From contig NC_092379.1 of NCBI RefSeq assembly GCF_030028105.1, positions 26,653,821 through 26,717,820 on the forward strand: a stretch of DNA of 64,000 bases, in the 5' to 3' direction. The notes under the pieces were generated by a model. The model had not been told where the DNA came from, searched no databases, and saw nothing but the letters and a program-made list of their open reading frames with translations. Positions 1 to 11,959 of the stretch are shown in pieces (the first letter of the stretch is position 1; each line of letters starts with the position of its first letter). The position numbers and the translations under genes were made by a program. Source of the stretch: Mobula birostris. Lineage: Eukaryota.

Positions 1-984
1 TCTGGAAACGAGAGGCTGAATTCTTGCCAATGAGTTACATAGTACACAATCATAAGGATCATAAATTATAGATCCATTTAGTTGAGAATGTAAGCTTGTG
101 TTGCAGGCTAATTGTTCGCAAACTGACCGGTGAGTTGATTCCAATCAAACGGATCCCTCAGCAGGTTGGTGCACAAACTACCGTCTCGTGAAGATTTTTC
201 TCCTTTTCCATACCTCTGTATTACCGTCTGCTAACCATCTGCAACAAACGTCTTATAGTACTTAGCACTCACTAAGTGAAGCAGGGCCCCGTCATCGTCC
301 TTCGGATAGACTCAGTGCATCTTCTTGTATCTAAGCGATATTAGGAAATTTTTCGTGTGGTCTGCTCTGTCTATGCCAGTCATTTTATGTACCACAACGA
401 CGTCCCTTGTTATTCACCGCCGCTCATTGGGGAACAAACCTAGGGTCACCAGATTCTCGTCATAACGAAGCTCCTTCATCCCATGCAAAGAAGTTGCATC
501 TACATTGTCCCTCCCTGTCGCTTTGTACAAGATCTGGACGCAGACCTCAGATGATGTCATATATATTTTGTAAAAATCGATTATTATTCCGAATTCGATT
601 TCCTTTCTTTTTTTGCTTTAATGGTCACAGGAGTTGATGTGATTCGCAAACATAATGTTGTTAATAATGGAATTCAAGCTCACATATTTCGCTGCACAAT
701 GTGAAAATTGACACACGAAACGAGCAATATAACTACGCTAGGCAGTTTGATTTAAACACCAATTGTATTATTTTCTGTTGTTGCAAGGTCCATGAGTGAA
801 GAGGATCATCATCTTCGAGGTAGTGTGCATTTGAGAGCAAGGGAATGCAGATCCGATGCTCAACTTCAAATTATCAACATGGGAATAACTTTTTATACAG
901 TTAAGAACTTTTATTTCGATGTACGTCAATGTCTTTCGTCAAAGAAATTGAAAAACATTTTTCTCCGCACTTTATCTTGGTGTT

Positions 985-1087
985 AACGTCGACGTGTTTT
1001 GCCATTTTCTGGAATGGATGCAGAAAATAGGAATTTATCTCGAGCAGCATCATCCTGAGTTCAAAGAGTAAAACAGAAAACTGAAAG
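985..1087 (+). repeat. 103-bp direct repeat, copy 1 (upstream of V1)
   Basis: AACGTCGACGTGTTTT...AACAGAAAACTGAAAG recurs at 2946-3048 with 7 mismatches by manual count. Confidence 0.9.
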
Positions 1088-1758
1088 GGGTCACCGGTAG
1101 CTTAGCTCTCCTCAGGTCTTGCACCAGCTCCTTAGTCTTTTTTTCAAATTAAACTGCAGATAATTCTGCTCACACCATGTGACAACGGTTCCTACCCTAG
1201 CCCTGTACTCGGCCTCATTACCATCTTTGCGGAAAGTACACATCGACAGAATATAGCTGGATTTCACAATAATACATGTGTGTTTCGCGTCAACGATACT
1301 CCGTTTTCCAGGAAGCTATGTGGACATATTTGTCCTATAGAGCAATTATGTCCTGCATTTCGGTATAAATATATGGGAATCGGTAAAATCTGTGTTAAGG
1401 AAAACAGAGTCAACTCTGAGACGATAACCCGGACGTATTTTTAACAGATGCCACTAAACCTGGAAACATCTTCCGTGACATTGCTTCTCTTATTACAGAC
1501 AGAAATGACGTGGAATGTGCATAAAATAGGAAAGGAAGATAAAACAATGCTGATCTTGATTGACCAATTACCGGTCAACGTGCAGCCAAAACAACCAAAC
1601 ATTTTGTTTCTCTCTCTGTCTGTCTCTCTCTCTTTCTCTAAGAACCAATCATCAGTATCTGATGAAAGGTATACTTCGATCGCATTACAGTTAACCAGTC
1701 AGAACAGCAACATCAACACATTCCACCGTTGCTTGTTGTACTCGATACAGCAGACAAC

Positions 1759-1807
1759 ATGTGGGCAATCCGATTTTGGGCACTAATACTTATGCCAACA
1801 CTACCCG
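1759..1807 (+). CDS. TRAV: V1 leader exon (MWAIRFWALILMPTLP-G)
   Basis: ATG at 1759; 16 hydrophobic codons + 1 nt; phase-1 donor GTATGT at 1808; 85-nt intron ending TTCTTCAAG at 1892. Confidence 0.85.
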
Positions 1808-1892
1808 GTATGTTCAGTTTATAATATTCGTGCGTTTCCTCTGGGATGTCTTTCCCTAGGAAAATGCTCATAAGTTTCTTATTTTCTTCAAG

Positions 1893-2199
1893 GCGCGAGT
1901 GGTGAATATTTGGTAATCCAGGATTCGGCAGTAATTGCGGTTCAGGAAGTTGAAAGCGTGCTGCTGAACTGCAGCTGCCCTGCAACAGCTGCCAACACGC
2001 TGTTCTGGTACATGCAATATTCTGCACAATCTCTAAGATATTTATTGAAGAGATACGCAACAGGGAATGGTGGAGGGAGTTCCCCTTATTGCCCAGACAG
2101 GTTTTCGGCTGCAATAGTCAAAGGAAGTGCGACGGTTCCTTTCAGAATATCTGCTGCTCGTATCTCTGACCCCGCCGTATTTACCTGTGCCATGATGCC
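1893..2199 (+). CDS. TRAV: TCR alpha/delta V exon V1, open frame (family-level call)
   Basis: GASGEYLVIQDSAVIAVQEVESVLLNC...LFWYMQY...PDRFSA...DPAVFTCAMMP has the first Cys, the Trp and the second Cys of a V-set domain, in frame with the leader and followed directly by an RSS. Confidence 0.85.
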
Positions 2200-2238
2200 C
2201 ACATTACTGCCGAGCTATAGAACGCCACTACAAAAAAT
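2200..2238 (+). promoter_or_regulatory. 23-RSS of V1
   Basis: Heptamer CACATTA (2200-2206), 23-nt spacer, nonamer ACAAAAAAT (2230-2238). Confidence 0.85.
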
Positions 2239-2945
2239 GCTTGCAAAGTTTACAATTTGCAGACTTCAGGGGGCAGCATACAGATAATGTTGGCTCCGCG
2301 GCACATTTTTCAGGAAGATACAAACTGAAACAATCACCTCAGTGGAAATGCATCGTGTGTTTACATTAAGACATTGCAGCATCTGGAGCTGCTTATCTGA
2401 TTGTGGAGAAGTCCTGGACAATATTTTAATTGATTAAACTTTGTTTGACTGGAGTGATGAATTTATAGCAATACCAAACACTACAGTGGGTGTTTAAATT
2501 TTGTCTTCTAATTTTTACGCATATGCGACAGTCACAATTCGAATAACAGGCTAACAGAATTGTCACACTATTTAGCCATCGCTCGCAGTTCCTCTGAGCG
2601 GCGAAGTTTCCATAGTCTTGGGAGCTCATTTCAGAAATATTGACATTTCTCTCAGTCACTGTTGCATCTCTTGTCTGATGCCTTCTTTTGCCTCCATGCT
2701 TTTTTTTTTTTTTTTCGTTCTTATGAATGGTTCACAAAAAGTCGATTGTTTTAGCGGCCGGGGCGAGGTGGAAGGCACTTGGCAGAGGATGACCAAATAA
2801 GGATTCCACCGACGTTTGGAGTTTCCAGGCTCACTGAAGTAGCTAAATCAGATGCAAAGCCGGGTGTCACTACAGCTGCATCTGTCCAAAGGGTACGCAG
2901 TTGTTGCTTCCAGTCAAATTCGTTTTTGGCTAAACGCGTTCATAA

Positions 2946-3048
2946 AACGTCGACGTGTTTTACCATTTTCTGGAATGGATGCAGAAAATAGGAATTGATC
3001 TCAAGCAGCATCATCCTGCGTACAAAGATTAAAACAGAAATCTGAAAG
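2946..3048 (+). repeat. 103-bp direct repeat, copy 2 (downstream of V1)
   Basis: Matches 985-1087; flanks are unrelated. Confidence 0.9.
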
Positions 3049-3849
3049 CACTGCATTGCCTGTAGGTACACGCTGATTGGGTATTGCAAGGCTGCCAATG
3101 TCTCAATGTCGTGCTGTAAAACGAGAAAAGAGATGTCAAATTTTCAAAAAGTATCATATTATTTGATGAAGGGACACTTTACAGTTTTCCTTTGCCCTCA
3201 ATTCTAGTCCACTTAGAGCTCAGCCACTTGCAGTACACATGGATTTACTTTAACCTCTTCCATGGTGTGAAGCTTATTTTGTTTGGCAATCTGGCATACA
3301 GGTTTATGTGATTGTTTCATGAAACGGTGTTCGTTCAATGGTAAATTTAAACATTCAAAGTCACATTTTTTTTCCCAATTTAACTTTCTACGAAGACAAA
3401 AATGAAGGCAGATCAGACGCATTTTTGTGTGGACTACCATGATGTGCGCCTTGGCGTCTGCTATCAGGTCACAAACATTGATGAAATATGTGATTTTTAA
3501 TAAAGAGTTTTCGACATACTTCCTTTCCTTTGACATTTCAATTTCAAATATTCTATTTATTTTTTTTTTGCAGCTCAATATCATTGCATTTCGCAAGTAT
3601 TTTCTTTGGTAAATCATCAAACGGAAAAATCTGTATGCAAATTAAATGACGTTTAAGATACTTTCCAAAAGTTGCCCAGCAAGAAAGTAAAATATGGCAG
3701 GCTTTGCAATTTATCCAATTTTTAACACTTTTCTTGGCTTTTCGATACTCAGATAGAGAAAAGGGGTAGAACAGTATCTTACGCATTGTATCCTTCCGAA
3801 TTCTGCCAATTCTTGCGCGGGGCGTCGCATGGTACAATGAAAATCCGCG

Positions 3850-4200
3850 CAGATTGGAGGAAAAACAACTTATATTTCTCTTGGGTAATTTCCAACCTAA
3901 TGGAATGGTCATATACTTCTTGAACATACGTTTATGCTCCGCCCTCCCCCGGTTCAACATTCCGCATCCCCTTTTCCACCTCTCACATTATTTCCTTCCA
4001 CGCTCTATTCTCCAACTGGTGCTCCTCCACCCTTTTCGTTTATCCATGGCCCTCTGTACTTTTCTATAAGACTCCGCCATCTCCAGCCCTGAATTTCGTT
4101 CACAAAAAAAAAATGCCCAGCCCTTTACCTAATCCCTCCCACTTCTGATTTAACCTATCACATGTTATTTTTCTCTCCCCTCCCCCTATCTTTAAAATCT
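3850..4200 (+). mobile_element. Penelope-like element 3' fragment (GIY-YIG C-terminus + 3' UTR)
   Basis: EEKQLIFLLGNFQPNGMVIYF resembles EEQHLKFRLGSVQPDGMKIDF of the adjacent - strand element; followed by a pyrimidine-rich UTR ending ...TTTAAAATCT. Confidence 0.75.
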
Positions 4201-7000
4201 AATTGCAACACACAACAAAGTTGCTGGTGAACGCAGCAGGCTAGACAGCTTCTCAAGGAAGAGGTACAGTCGACGCTTCGGGCCGAGACCCTTCGTCAGG
4301 ACTAACTGAAGGAACAGCTAGTAAGAGATTTGAAAGTTGGAGGGGGAGGGGGAGATCCAAAAGGATAGGAGAAGACAGGAGGGGGAGGAATGGAGCCAAG
4401 ATCTGGACAGGTGATAGGCAAAGGAGATATGAGAGGATCATGGGACAGGTGGCCTATGGAGAAAGACAAGGTCGGGAGGGGGGCAGAGAATGGGTAAATG
4501 GTATAGTCAGAGGGACAGAGGGAGAAAAAGGAGAGTGAGAGAAAGAATGTGTGTGTAAAAGTAAATAACGGATGTGGTACGAGGAGGAAGTGGGGCATTA
4601 GCGGAAGTTAGAGAAGTCAATCTTCATGCCATCAGGTTGGACGCTACCCAGACGGAATTTAAGGTGTTGTTCCTCCAACCTGAGTGCGGCTTCATCTTTA
4701 CAGTACAGGAGGCCGTGGATAGACATATCAGAATGGGAATGGGATGTGGATTTAATATGTGTGGCCACTGGGAGATCCAGCTTTCTCTGGCGGACAGAGC
4801 GTAGGTGTTCAGCAAAGCGGTCTCCCAGTCTGAGTCGGGTCTCACCAATGTATAGAAGGCCACATCGGGAGTACCGGATGCAGTACATCACCCCAGCCGA
4901 CTCACAGGTGAAGTGTCGTCTCACCTGGAAGGACTGACTCGGGCCCTGAATGGTGGTAATGGAGGAAGTGTAAGGGAATGTGTAGCACTTGTTCCGCTTG
5001 CAAGTATAAGTGCCAGGAGGGAGATAAGTGGGGAGGGGTGGGGGTGGGGACGAATGGACAAGGGAGTCGCGTAGGGAGAGATATCTGCGGAAAGCAGAGA
5101 GAGGGGGCGAGAGAAAGATGTGCTTAGTGGTGGGTTCCCGTTTGAGGTGGCGGAAGTTACGGAGAATAATATGTTGGAACCGGAGGCTGGTGGGGTGGTA
5201 GGTGAGGACCAGGGGCACCCTATTCCTAGTGGTGTGGCGGGAGGATGGAGTGAGAGCAGATATGCGTCAAATGGGGTAGGTGCGTTTGAGAGCAGAGTTG
5301 ATGGTGGAGGAAGGGAAACCACTTTCTTTAAAAAGGACGACATCTCCCTCGTCCTGGAATGAAAAGCTTCATCCTGAGAGCAGATGCGGCGGAGACGGAG
5401 GAATTGCGAGAAGGGGATGGTATTTTTGCAAGAGACAGGGTGAGAAGAGGAATAGTCCAGACAGCTGTGAGAGTCAGTCGGCTTATAGTAGATTTCAGTG
5501 GATAAGCTATCTCCAGAGATAGAGACAGAACGATCTAGAAACGGGAGGGAGGTGTCGGAAATGTACCAGGTAAACTTGAGGGCAGGGTGAAGGTTGGATA
5601 CAAAGTTAATAAAGTCAACGAGCTCAGTACGCGTGCGTGAAGTAACGCCAAAGCAGTTGTCGATGTGGCGAAGGAAAAGTGGGGGGCAGATACCAGAATA
5701 GGTATGGAACATAGATTGTTCCACAAAGACGACAAAAAGGCAGGCATAGCTAGGACCCATACGGGTGCCCATAGCTACACCTTTAGTTTGGAGGAAGTGG
5801 GAGGAGCCAAAGAAGAAATTATTAGGAGTAAGGACTAATTCCGCTAGACGGAGCAGAGTGGGGGTAGAGGGGAACTGATTAGATCTGGAATCCAAAAAGA
5901 AGCAGAGAGCTTTGAGACCTTCCTGATGGGGGATGGAAGTATATAGGGACTGGACATCCATGGTGAAAATAAAGCGGAGGGAGCCAGGGAACTTAAAATC
6001 ATCGAAAAGTTTAAGAGTGTGAGAAGTGTCACGAACATAGGTAGGGAGGGATTGAACAAGGGGGGATAAAACCTTGTCGAGGTATGCAGAAACAGGTTCG
6101 GAGGGGCAAGAGGAAGTTGAGACAAGAGGTCTGCCAGGACAGGCAGGTTTGTGGATCTTGGGTAGGAGGTAGAAACGGGAGGTGCGAGGTGTGGGAGCTA
6201 TAAGGTTGCTAGCAGTGGATGGGAGATCCACTGAGCGGATAAATTCGGTGATGGTGTGGGAGACAATGGACTGGTGCTCCTTCGAGGGGTAAATAAGAGG
6301 ACGTATCCGCGAATTGTCGCTGTGCCTCGGCAAGGTAGAGTTCAGTACGCCAGACTACAACAACACCCCGCTTATCGCCGGGTTTAATAGTAAGGTTCGG
6401 ATTAGTGCAGAGGGAGTGGAGAGCAGAGCGTTCCGAAGGAGTGAGGTTGGAATGGGAACAAGGTGCGGTGAAGTCCAAACGGTTGATGTGCCGTTGGCAG
6501 TTAGCAATAGAGAGATAGAGAGCAGGCAGAAGACCAGAGCGGGTTTGTCCATAACGAGGAGGAGGGTTGAAGACGGGAGAAGGGACATCAATGGGGGTGG
6601 GAGAGTCCTTGCCGAAGAAGTAGGCTCGGAGACGGAGACGGTGGAAGAAGAGTTCCGAATCATGGCGAACACGGAACTCGCTGAGGTGTGGGCGAAGGGG
6701 GACAAAGGTGAGGCCCTTATTGAGGACAGAGCGTTCTGCCTCCGACAGTTGAAGGTCGGAGGGGATGGTAAAGAACCGGCACGAATCAGAGCTGGGATCA
6801 GAGGGGGGATGGGGGAGGATGGGGGTGTCAGTGGACAGGGGAGGGTTGGGGTGAGAGGAAGATGGAGCCTCTGATTACCCAGGAGCTAACGATGGGATCT
6901 GAGTAAGATGGGATTGCAGAGTATTGGAGGGGGGAGGGGAGACGGGAGTCACAATAGCAGCACATAAAGAACCGGCCTGGAGTTCAAGGCTGCAGTCTCG
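4201..7000 (-). mobile_element. Penelope-like retroelement (RT + GIY-YIG endonuclease), frameshifted and inactive
   Basis: ORF 4921-6333 carries PLE RT motifs (FYLLPKIHKP..PGRP, FTMDVQSLYT, GVAMGTRMGPSYA, LRHIDN where YIDD is expected). ORF 4598-5218 carries GIY-YIG motifs (YCIRYSRCGLLYIGET...RFAEH). Confidence 0.93.
4268..4303 (-). ncRNA. Minimal type I hammerhead ribozyme motif in the PLE terminal repeat
   Basis: - strand reads AGTC-CTGACGA-AGGG TCTCGG CCC-GAAG-C-GTC-GACT: stem I AGTC/GACT, CUGANGA core, stem II GGG/CCC and a GUC cleavage triplet. The core has GAAG where GAAA is canonical. Confidence 0.7.
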
Positions 7001-7013
7001 GAGTCTTTATCTC

Positions 7014-7150
7014 CAGTGATGCAGAAGGGTCCCGGCCCGAACTGTCGACTGTACTCTTTTCCATAGTTGCAGCTGGCCTGCTGAGTTTCCTCAACATTGT
7101 GTGTGTGTGTGTTCCTTGGATTTCCAGTATCGGCCGATTTTCTCTTGTTT
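7014..7150 (+). mobile_element. Inverted Penelope pseudo-LTR copy at the element's 5' end, with degenerate hammerhead
   Basis: GAAGGGTCCCGGCCCGAACTGTCGACTGTAC...GGCCTGCTGAGTT...TGTGTGTG is homologous to 4205-4300 in the opposite orientation. Confidence 0.75.
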
Positions 7151-7589
7151 GTTGAAGATTAAACTCGGCTAACGATTGATTTGGCGAGAACAAACGGCTG
7201 CACTTTTTCTTTACTGCTTCAAGAAAATTCGTCTTGCTTCAGGAAGACACTATACGGAGGTAATAAGTAAGATATAGAGAATTCTGCGCTTGGCAAAATA
7301 AATAAAATTACTATTTTATCAAAATGTTTTTTGAAGCAGTAGTGCTTTGATAAACTGACAAGCAACACCTCAATTTGTTGCATCCCTTGTTGCAATCATC
7401 AAAGGCAGAAGTTAACAGTAGAAACAATGTAACATCTGCGTGTGCTGTCCACATATACTAAATATATTCTGAATCAAAAAACCGTACGTCTCTTAATTGC
7501 AGCAACTGTGACCAAGAAATATGCAGTATTATTGCATGAATCAATTTACTATGTTGTACTAGGACCAGTGCGAGGAATAGTGCGAGCAC

Positions 7590-10500
7590 TCGGAGTTAGA
7601 CGATAGACAACATACAATAGGTGCAGGAGTAGGCCATTCGTCCCTTCGAGCCAGCACCGTCATTCACTGTGATCATGGCTAATCATTCACAATCAGTATC
7701 CAGTTTCTGCCCTATCCCCATAACGTTTGATTCCGCTATCTTTAAGGGCCCTATCCATCTTTTTGTTGAAAGCATCCAGGGACTTGGCCTCCACAGCCTT
7801 CTGGGGCAGAGCACTCCATATATCCACCACTCTCTGGGTGAAAAACATTTTTCTTCAGCTCCGTCCTAAATGGCCTATCCCTTATTCTTAAACTGTGGCC
7901 TCTGGTTCTGGACTCACCCATTAGCGGGAAAATGCTTCCTGCCTCCAGCGTGCCCAATCCCTTAATAATCTTACATGTTTCAATAAGATCCCCCCTCAGC
8001 CTTCTAAATTCTAGAGTATACGAGCCCAGTCGCTCCAACCTTTCAACATATGACAGTCCCGCCATCCCGTCAATTAACCTTGAGAACCTATGCTGCACTC
8101 CCTCAATAGCAAGAATACTCTTCTTCAAATTTGGAGACCAAAACTGCACACAGTACTCCAGGTGTGGTCTCACCAGGGCCCTGTACAGCTGCAGAAGGAC
8201 CGCTTTGCTCTTATACTCAATCCCCTTGTTATGAAGGCCAGCATGCCATTAGCTTTCTTCACTGCCTGCTGTACTTGCATGCTTGCTTTCAGTGACTGAT
8301 GTACAAGAACACTAAGATCTCTTTGTGCTTCCCCTTTTCCTAACTTGACTCCATTTAGATAATAATCTGCCTTCCCGTTCTTACCACCAAAGTGGATAAC
8401 CTCACATTTTTTCACATTAGACTGCATCTGACCACTCACCCAGCCTGCCCATGTCACCCTGCATTCTCATAACATCCTCCTCACATTTCACACTGCCACC
8501 TAGCTTTGTGTCATTGGCAAATTTGCTAATGTTACTGTTAATTCCCTCATCTAAATCATTAATATATATGTTCTAAACAGGTGCCGTCCCAGCACTGAAC
8601 ACTGTGGTACTCCACTGGTCACCGCCTGCCATTCCGAAAGTGAGCCGTAAATGGCTACTCTTTGTTTTCTGCAAGATAGCCAATTTTCAATCCATTTTAG
8701 TACTCTGCCCGCTATACCATGTACCCTAATTCTGCCCACTGATCTTCTATGTGGGACTTTATCAAAGGTTTTTTGAAAGTCCAGGTACACTACATCAGCT
8801 GGCTCTCCCTTGTCCATTTTCATAGTTACATCCTCAAAAATTTCCAGAAGATTAGTCAAGCACGATTTCCCCTTCGTAAATCCGTGCTTACTCAGTCCAA
8901 TCCTGTTACTGCTAACCAGATGTGCCGTAATTTCATCTTTTATAATTGACTTCAGCACCTTTCGCACCACCGATGTCAGGCTAACCGGTCTATAATTCTT
9001 TGCTTTCTCTCTTCTTCCCTTCTTGAAGATAGTGACAACATTAGCCACCCTCCAATCCACAGGAACTGATCCTGAATCTATAGAACACTGGAGAATGATT
9101 ACCAATGCGTCCACGATTTCTAAAGCCACCTCCTTAAGTACCCTGGGATGCAGACCATCAGGTTCTGGGCACTTATCAGCATTCAGACCCAACAGCCTAT
9201 CCAACAGCATTTCCTGCCTAATATAAATTTCCTGCAATACATCCATTACCCTAGGTCCTTTGGCCAATATTACATCTGGGAGATTGTTTCTGTCTTCCCT
9301 AGTGAAGACAGGTCCAAAGTACTTGTTCAACTCGTCTGCCATTTGCTTGTTCCCCACAATAAATTTACCCGCTTCTGCCTCCGAGGGCCCAATTTTTGGC
9401 TTTACTATTTTTTTTTTCCTTTTCACGTACCTAAAGAAGTTTTTACCATCCTGCTTTATATTCCTGACTAGTTTACCTTCGTACCTCATTTTTTCTCCGC
9501 GTATTGCCTTTTTAGTTACCTTCTGTTGCTCTTCAAAAGTGTCCCAATCCTCCGGATTCCCACTCGTCTTTGCTATGTTATACTTCTTCTCTTTTATTTT
9601 TAAACTGTCCATTACTTCCGTTGTCAGCCACGGTCTCCCCTTACTCCCCTTAGGATCTTTCTTCCTCTTTGGAATGAACTGATCTTGCATCTTCCGCATT
9701 ATTCCCAGAAACACTTGCCATTGCTGTTCCACTATCATCCCTGCTAGGGTATTGTTCCATTGCACTTTGGCCAGCTTCTCCCTCATTTCACCATAGTCCC
9801 CTTTGTTCAACTGTAACACTGACAATTCCGAGTTTCCCTTCTCCCTCTCAAATTTTAGATTAAAACTTATGATATTATGGTTACTACCTCCTATGGCTCC
9901 TTTACCTCGAGGTCCTTGATTGAATCCAATTCATTGCACAACACTAAATCTAGAATTGCGATCTGTCTGCTGGGCTCCAGTACAATCTGTTCTAAGAATC
10001 CATCTCGGAGGAACTCCACAACCTCCCTTTCTTGGGGTCCAGTACCAACCTGATTCCTCCAGTCTACCTGCATCTTGAGGTCCCCGAATAATACTGTAGC
10101 ATTACCTTTACGACATGACAACTTTAACTCTTGATTCAACTTACACCCTACATCCAGACTACTGTTTGGGGGCCTGTAGATCACTCTCATTAGGGTCTTT
10201 CAACCTTTCGAATTTCTCAGTTCTATCCATACAGACTCTCCGTCTCCTGATCCTATGTCCCCCGTCGCAAGGGACTGAATATTATTCCTCGCCAACAGAG
10301 CCACCCCAGTCCCTCTGCCCATCAGTCTGTCCTTTCGATCGGACGTATAACCTTGAATATTCATTTCGCAGGCCCTGTCCACTTGAAGCCATGTCTCTTT
10401 TATTCCCACAACATCATACTGGCCAATTTCCAACTGTGCCTCAAGCTCGTCCACTTTATCTCTTATACTCCGTGCATTCGTATACAATACTTTTAACTCA

Positions 10501-10760
10501 TTACTCCCCTCACCTCCCATATCTATTCCTATTTCACCTGGCCGTACTGTACGATCCCTTTTTGAGCTTTCTACTCTGTTGATTATGCTGTCTTTCTTAG
10601 CTTTTCTTATTCTCACTTTCCCTTTATCTCTATTCTTACGTTTCCAATTCATCCCCTCACCCCCGCCCCCCTCCACCTTCTGCTTAGTGTAAACACACCC
10701 GTGTTGCAGTGGCAAACCTGCCTGCCAGAATGCTGGTGCCCAACTTATTAAGGCACTGTA
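7590..10760 (-). mobile_element. CR1 LINE, near-complete ORF2 (APE endonuclease + RT), frameshifted
   Basis: ORFs 10200-10802 (VLYTNARSIRDKVDEL, GIKETWL), 9891-10190, 8551-9825 (NYRPVSLTSVV, YLDFQKTFDKVPH, SGVPQ), 8170-8457 and 7751-8173 (RPHLEYCVQFWSP); short 3' tandem tail near 7600. Confidence 0.95.
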
Positions 10761-10849
10761 CATTGCACAACACAGCAAAACATTGTGATTCCACTGAACC
10801 ACAGCGGTGCGATGGTATTAGTTTAGCATAATGTTTCGGGATTCATGGA

Positions 10850-11700
10850 CGACTAGGATAAAACAGGCCTATGTCAGCATGGTTTCCTGATGGGCGAATT
10901 CCATAAAAAACCTTTGGAATTTTAAGAGGAAATGAAAGGAAAGGTAGACAAGGTGAGTAAGTGGACATTTTTTACTTTGACTCTCCAAATACCTCAGATA
11001 GGGTGTCGCAAATGCGGTTGTTTAACAAAATAAGAACCTACAACAAAACAGGAAATATACAAGCATGGAGCACAGTCAGGCAGACTGACAGGTCGCAAGC
11101 GATTCTCTCAGCTATTCGAGGAAGAACCGATAAACGTGACCAACTCTGGACGTATAGTCGCTGGCGATTAGAACAAATGAGAATAATATTAATTCAGCAG
11201 TGTTAAATGTTGAAAGACTGGGACCGAGTGAATCTGCAAAGATGCTTCCTATATTGGGAAATCTGGGACCAGAAGGCACACAATTTGTTGATGAGGTTTG
11301 TGAATTTAGAAAAGAAATGAGAAGGATTTTTATTACCCAGAAGTTGGGGAATCTGTGGATCTTACTGACGGAGCAGTTGAGGCCGGCTATTGGGTGCATT
11401 TTTCGCGAAAGTCTTTGGTTCTGGAATAGTCATCGCGCAGAAGAAGAAAGGTGACTGCGTTACAGCGGGAAAATAAATCAGTCACGATGGAAAAGCGCTG
11501 CAGAGTCAATGGACCGAGTAGCCTACTTTAGTCCCACGAATTATGGTCTCGTGCTTTAGCATTAAGCAACCACAAAATATTGTTTCATGATGACACCATC
11601 GAGGACGATTTAAAAATTGAATACACGGGCAGACAATCGGATCGGCAAGTGCATTGTAAAATACTAGGGAAAACCTATCGAGTCTCCCTTGACATAAAAA
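10850..11700. mobile_element. Highly decayed CR1 RT fragments (+ strand ~10850-11400, - strand ~11500-11700)
   Basis: Eroded nucleotide matches to the QHGF, FDKVPH and GVPQGSVLGP-coding blocks of the intact CR1 copies. Confidence 0.55.
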
Positions 11701-11959
11701 TACTCTCTGTTTTTCCCTAAAGCATAGGTTACATGGCAAGTACACCAAATTATAAGCCCTTTAATAATTTCAGACTCCGAAAAATACGTCGGATTATCGG
11801 CCTGTATAAACCGATTTTTTAAGGAGTAGTGGTGATACAAATTAGAAGTGGTCATGTCGTCGTGTATCCTTAATAGATGCGAGTCTGAAAGCGACCCTTT
11901 CCATTCGATCTTGCATTTTCCCTGTGTTCTGTTCAAAGAGCCATTGATATATTACGAAA

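Noticed and set aside
1-530. Novel coding sequence at the window start (and a similar block at ~17400-17560)
   Set aside because: Looks like very decayed CR1 RT/endonuclease remnants; too eroded to annotate.
6314-6874. 186-aa + strand ORF, and similar ORFs such as 9260-9682, 10115-10582 and 62005-62367
   Set aside because: Antisense or alternate frames of Penelope, CR1 or V-pseudogene sequence; no independent protein signature.
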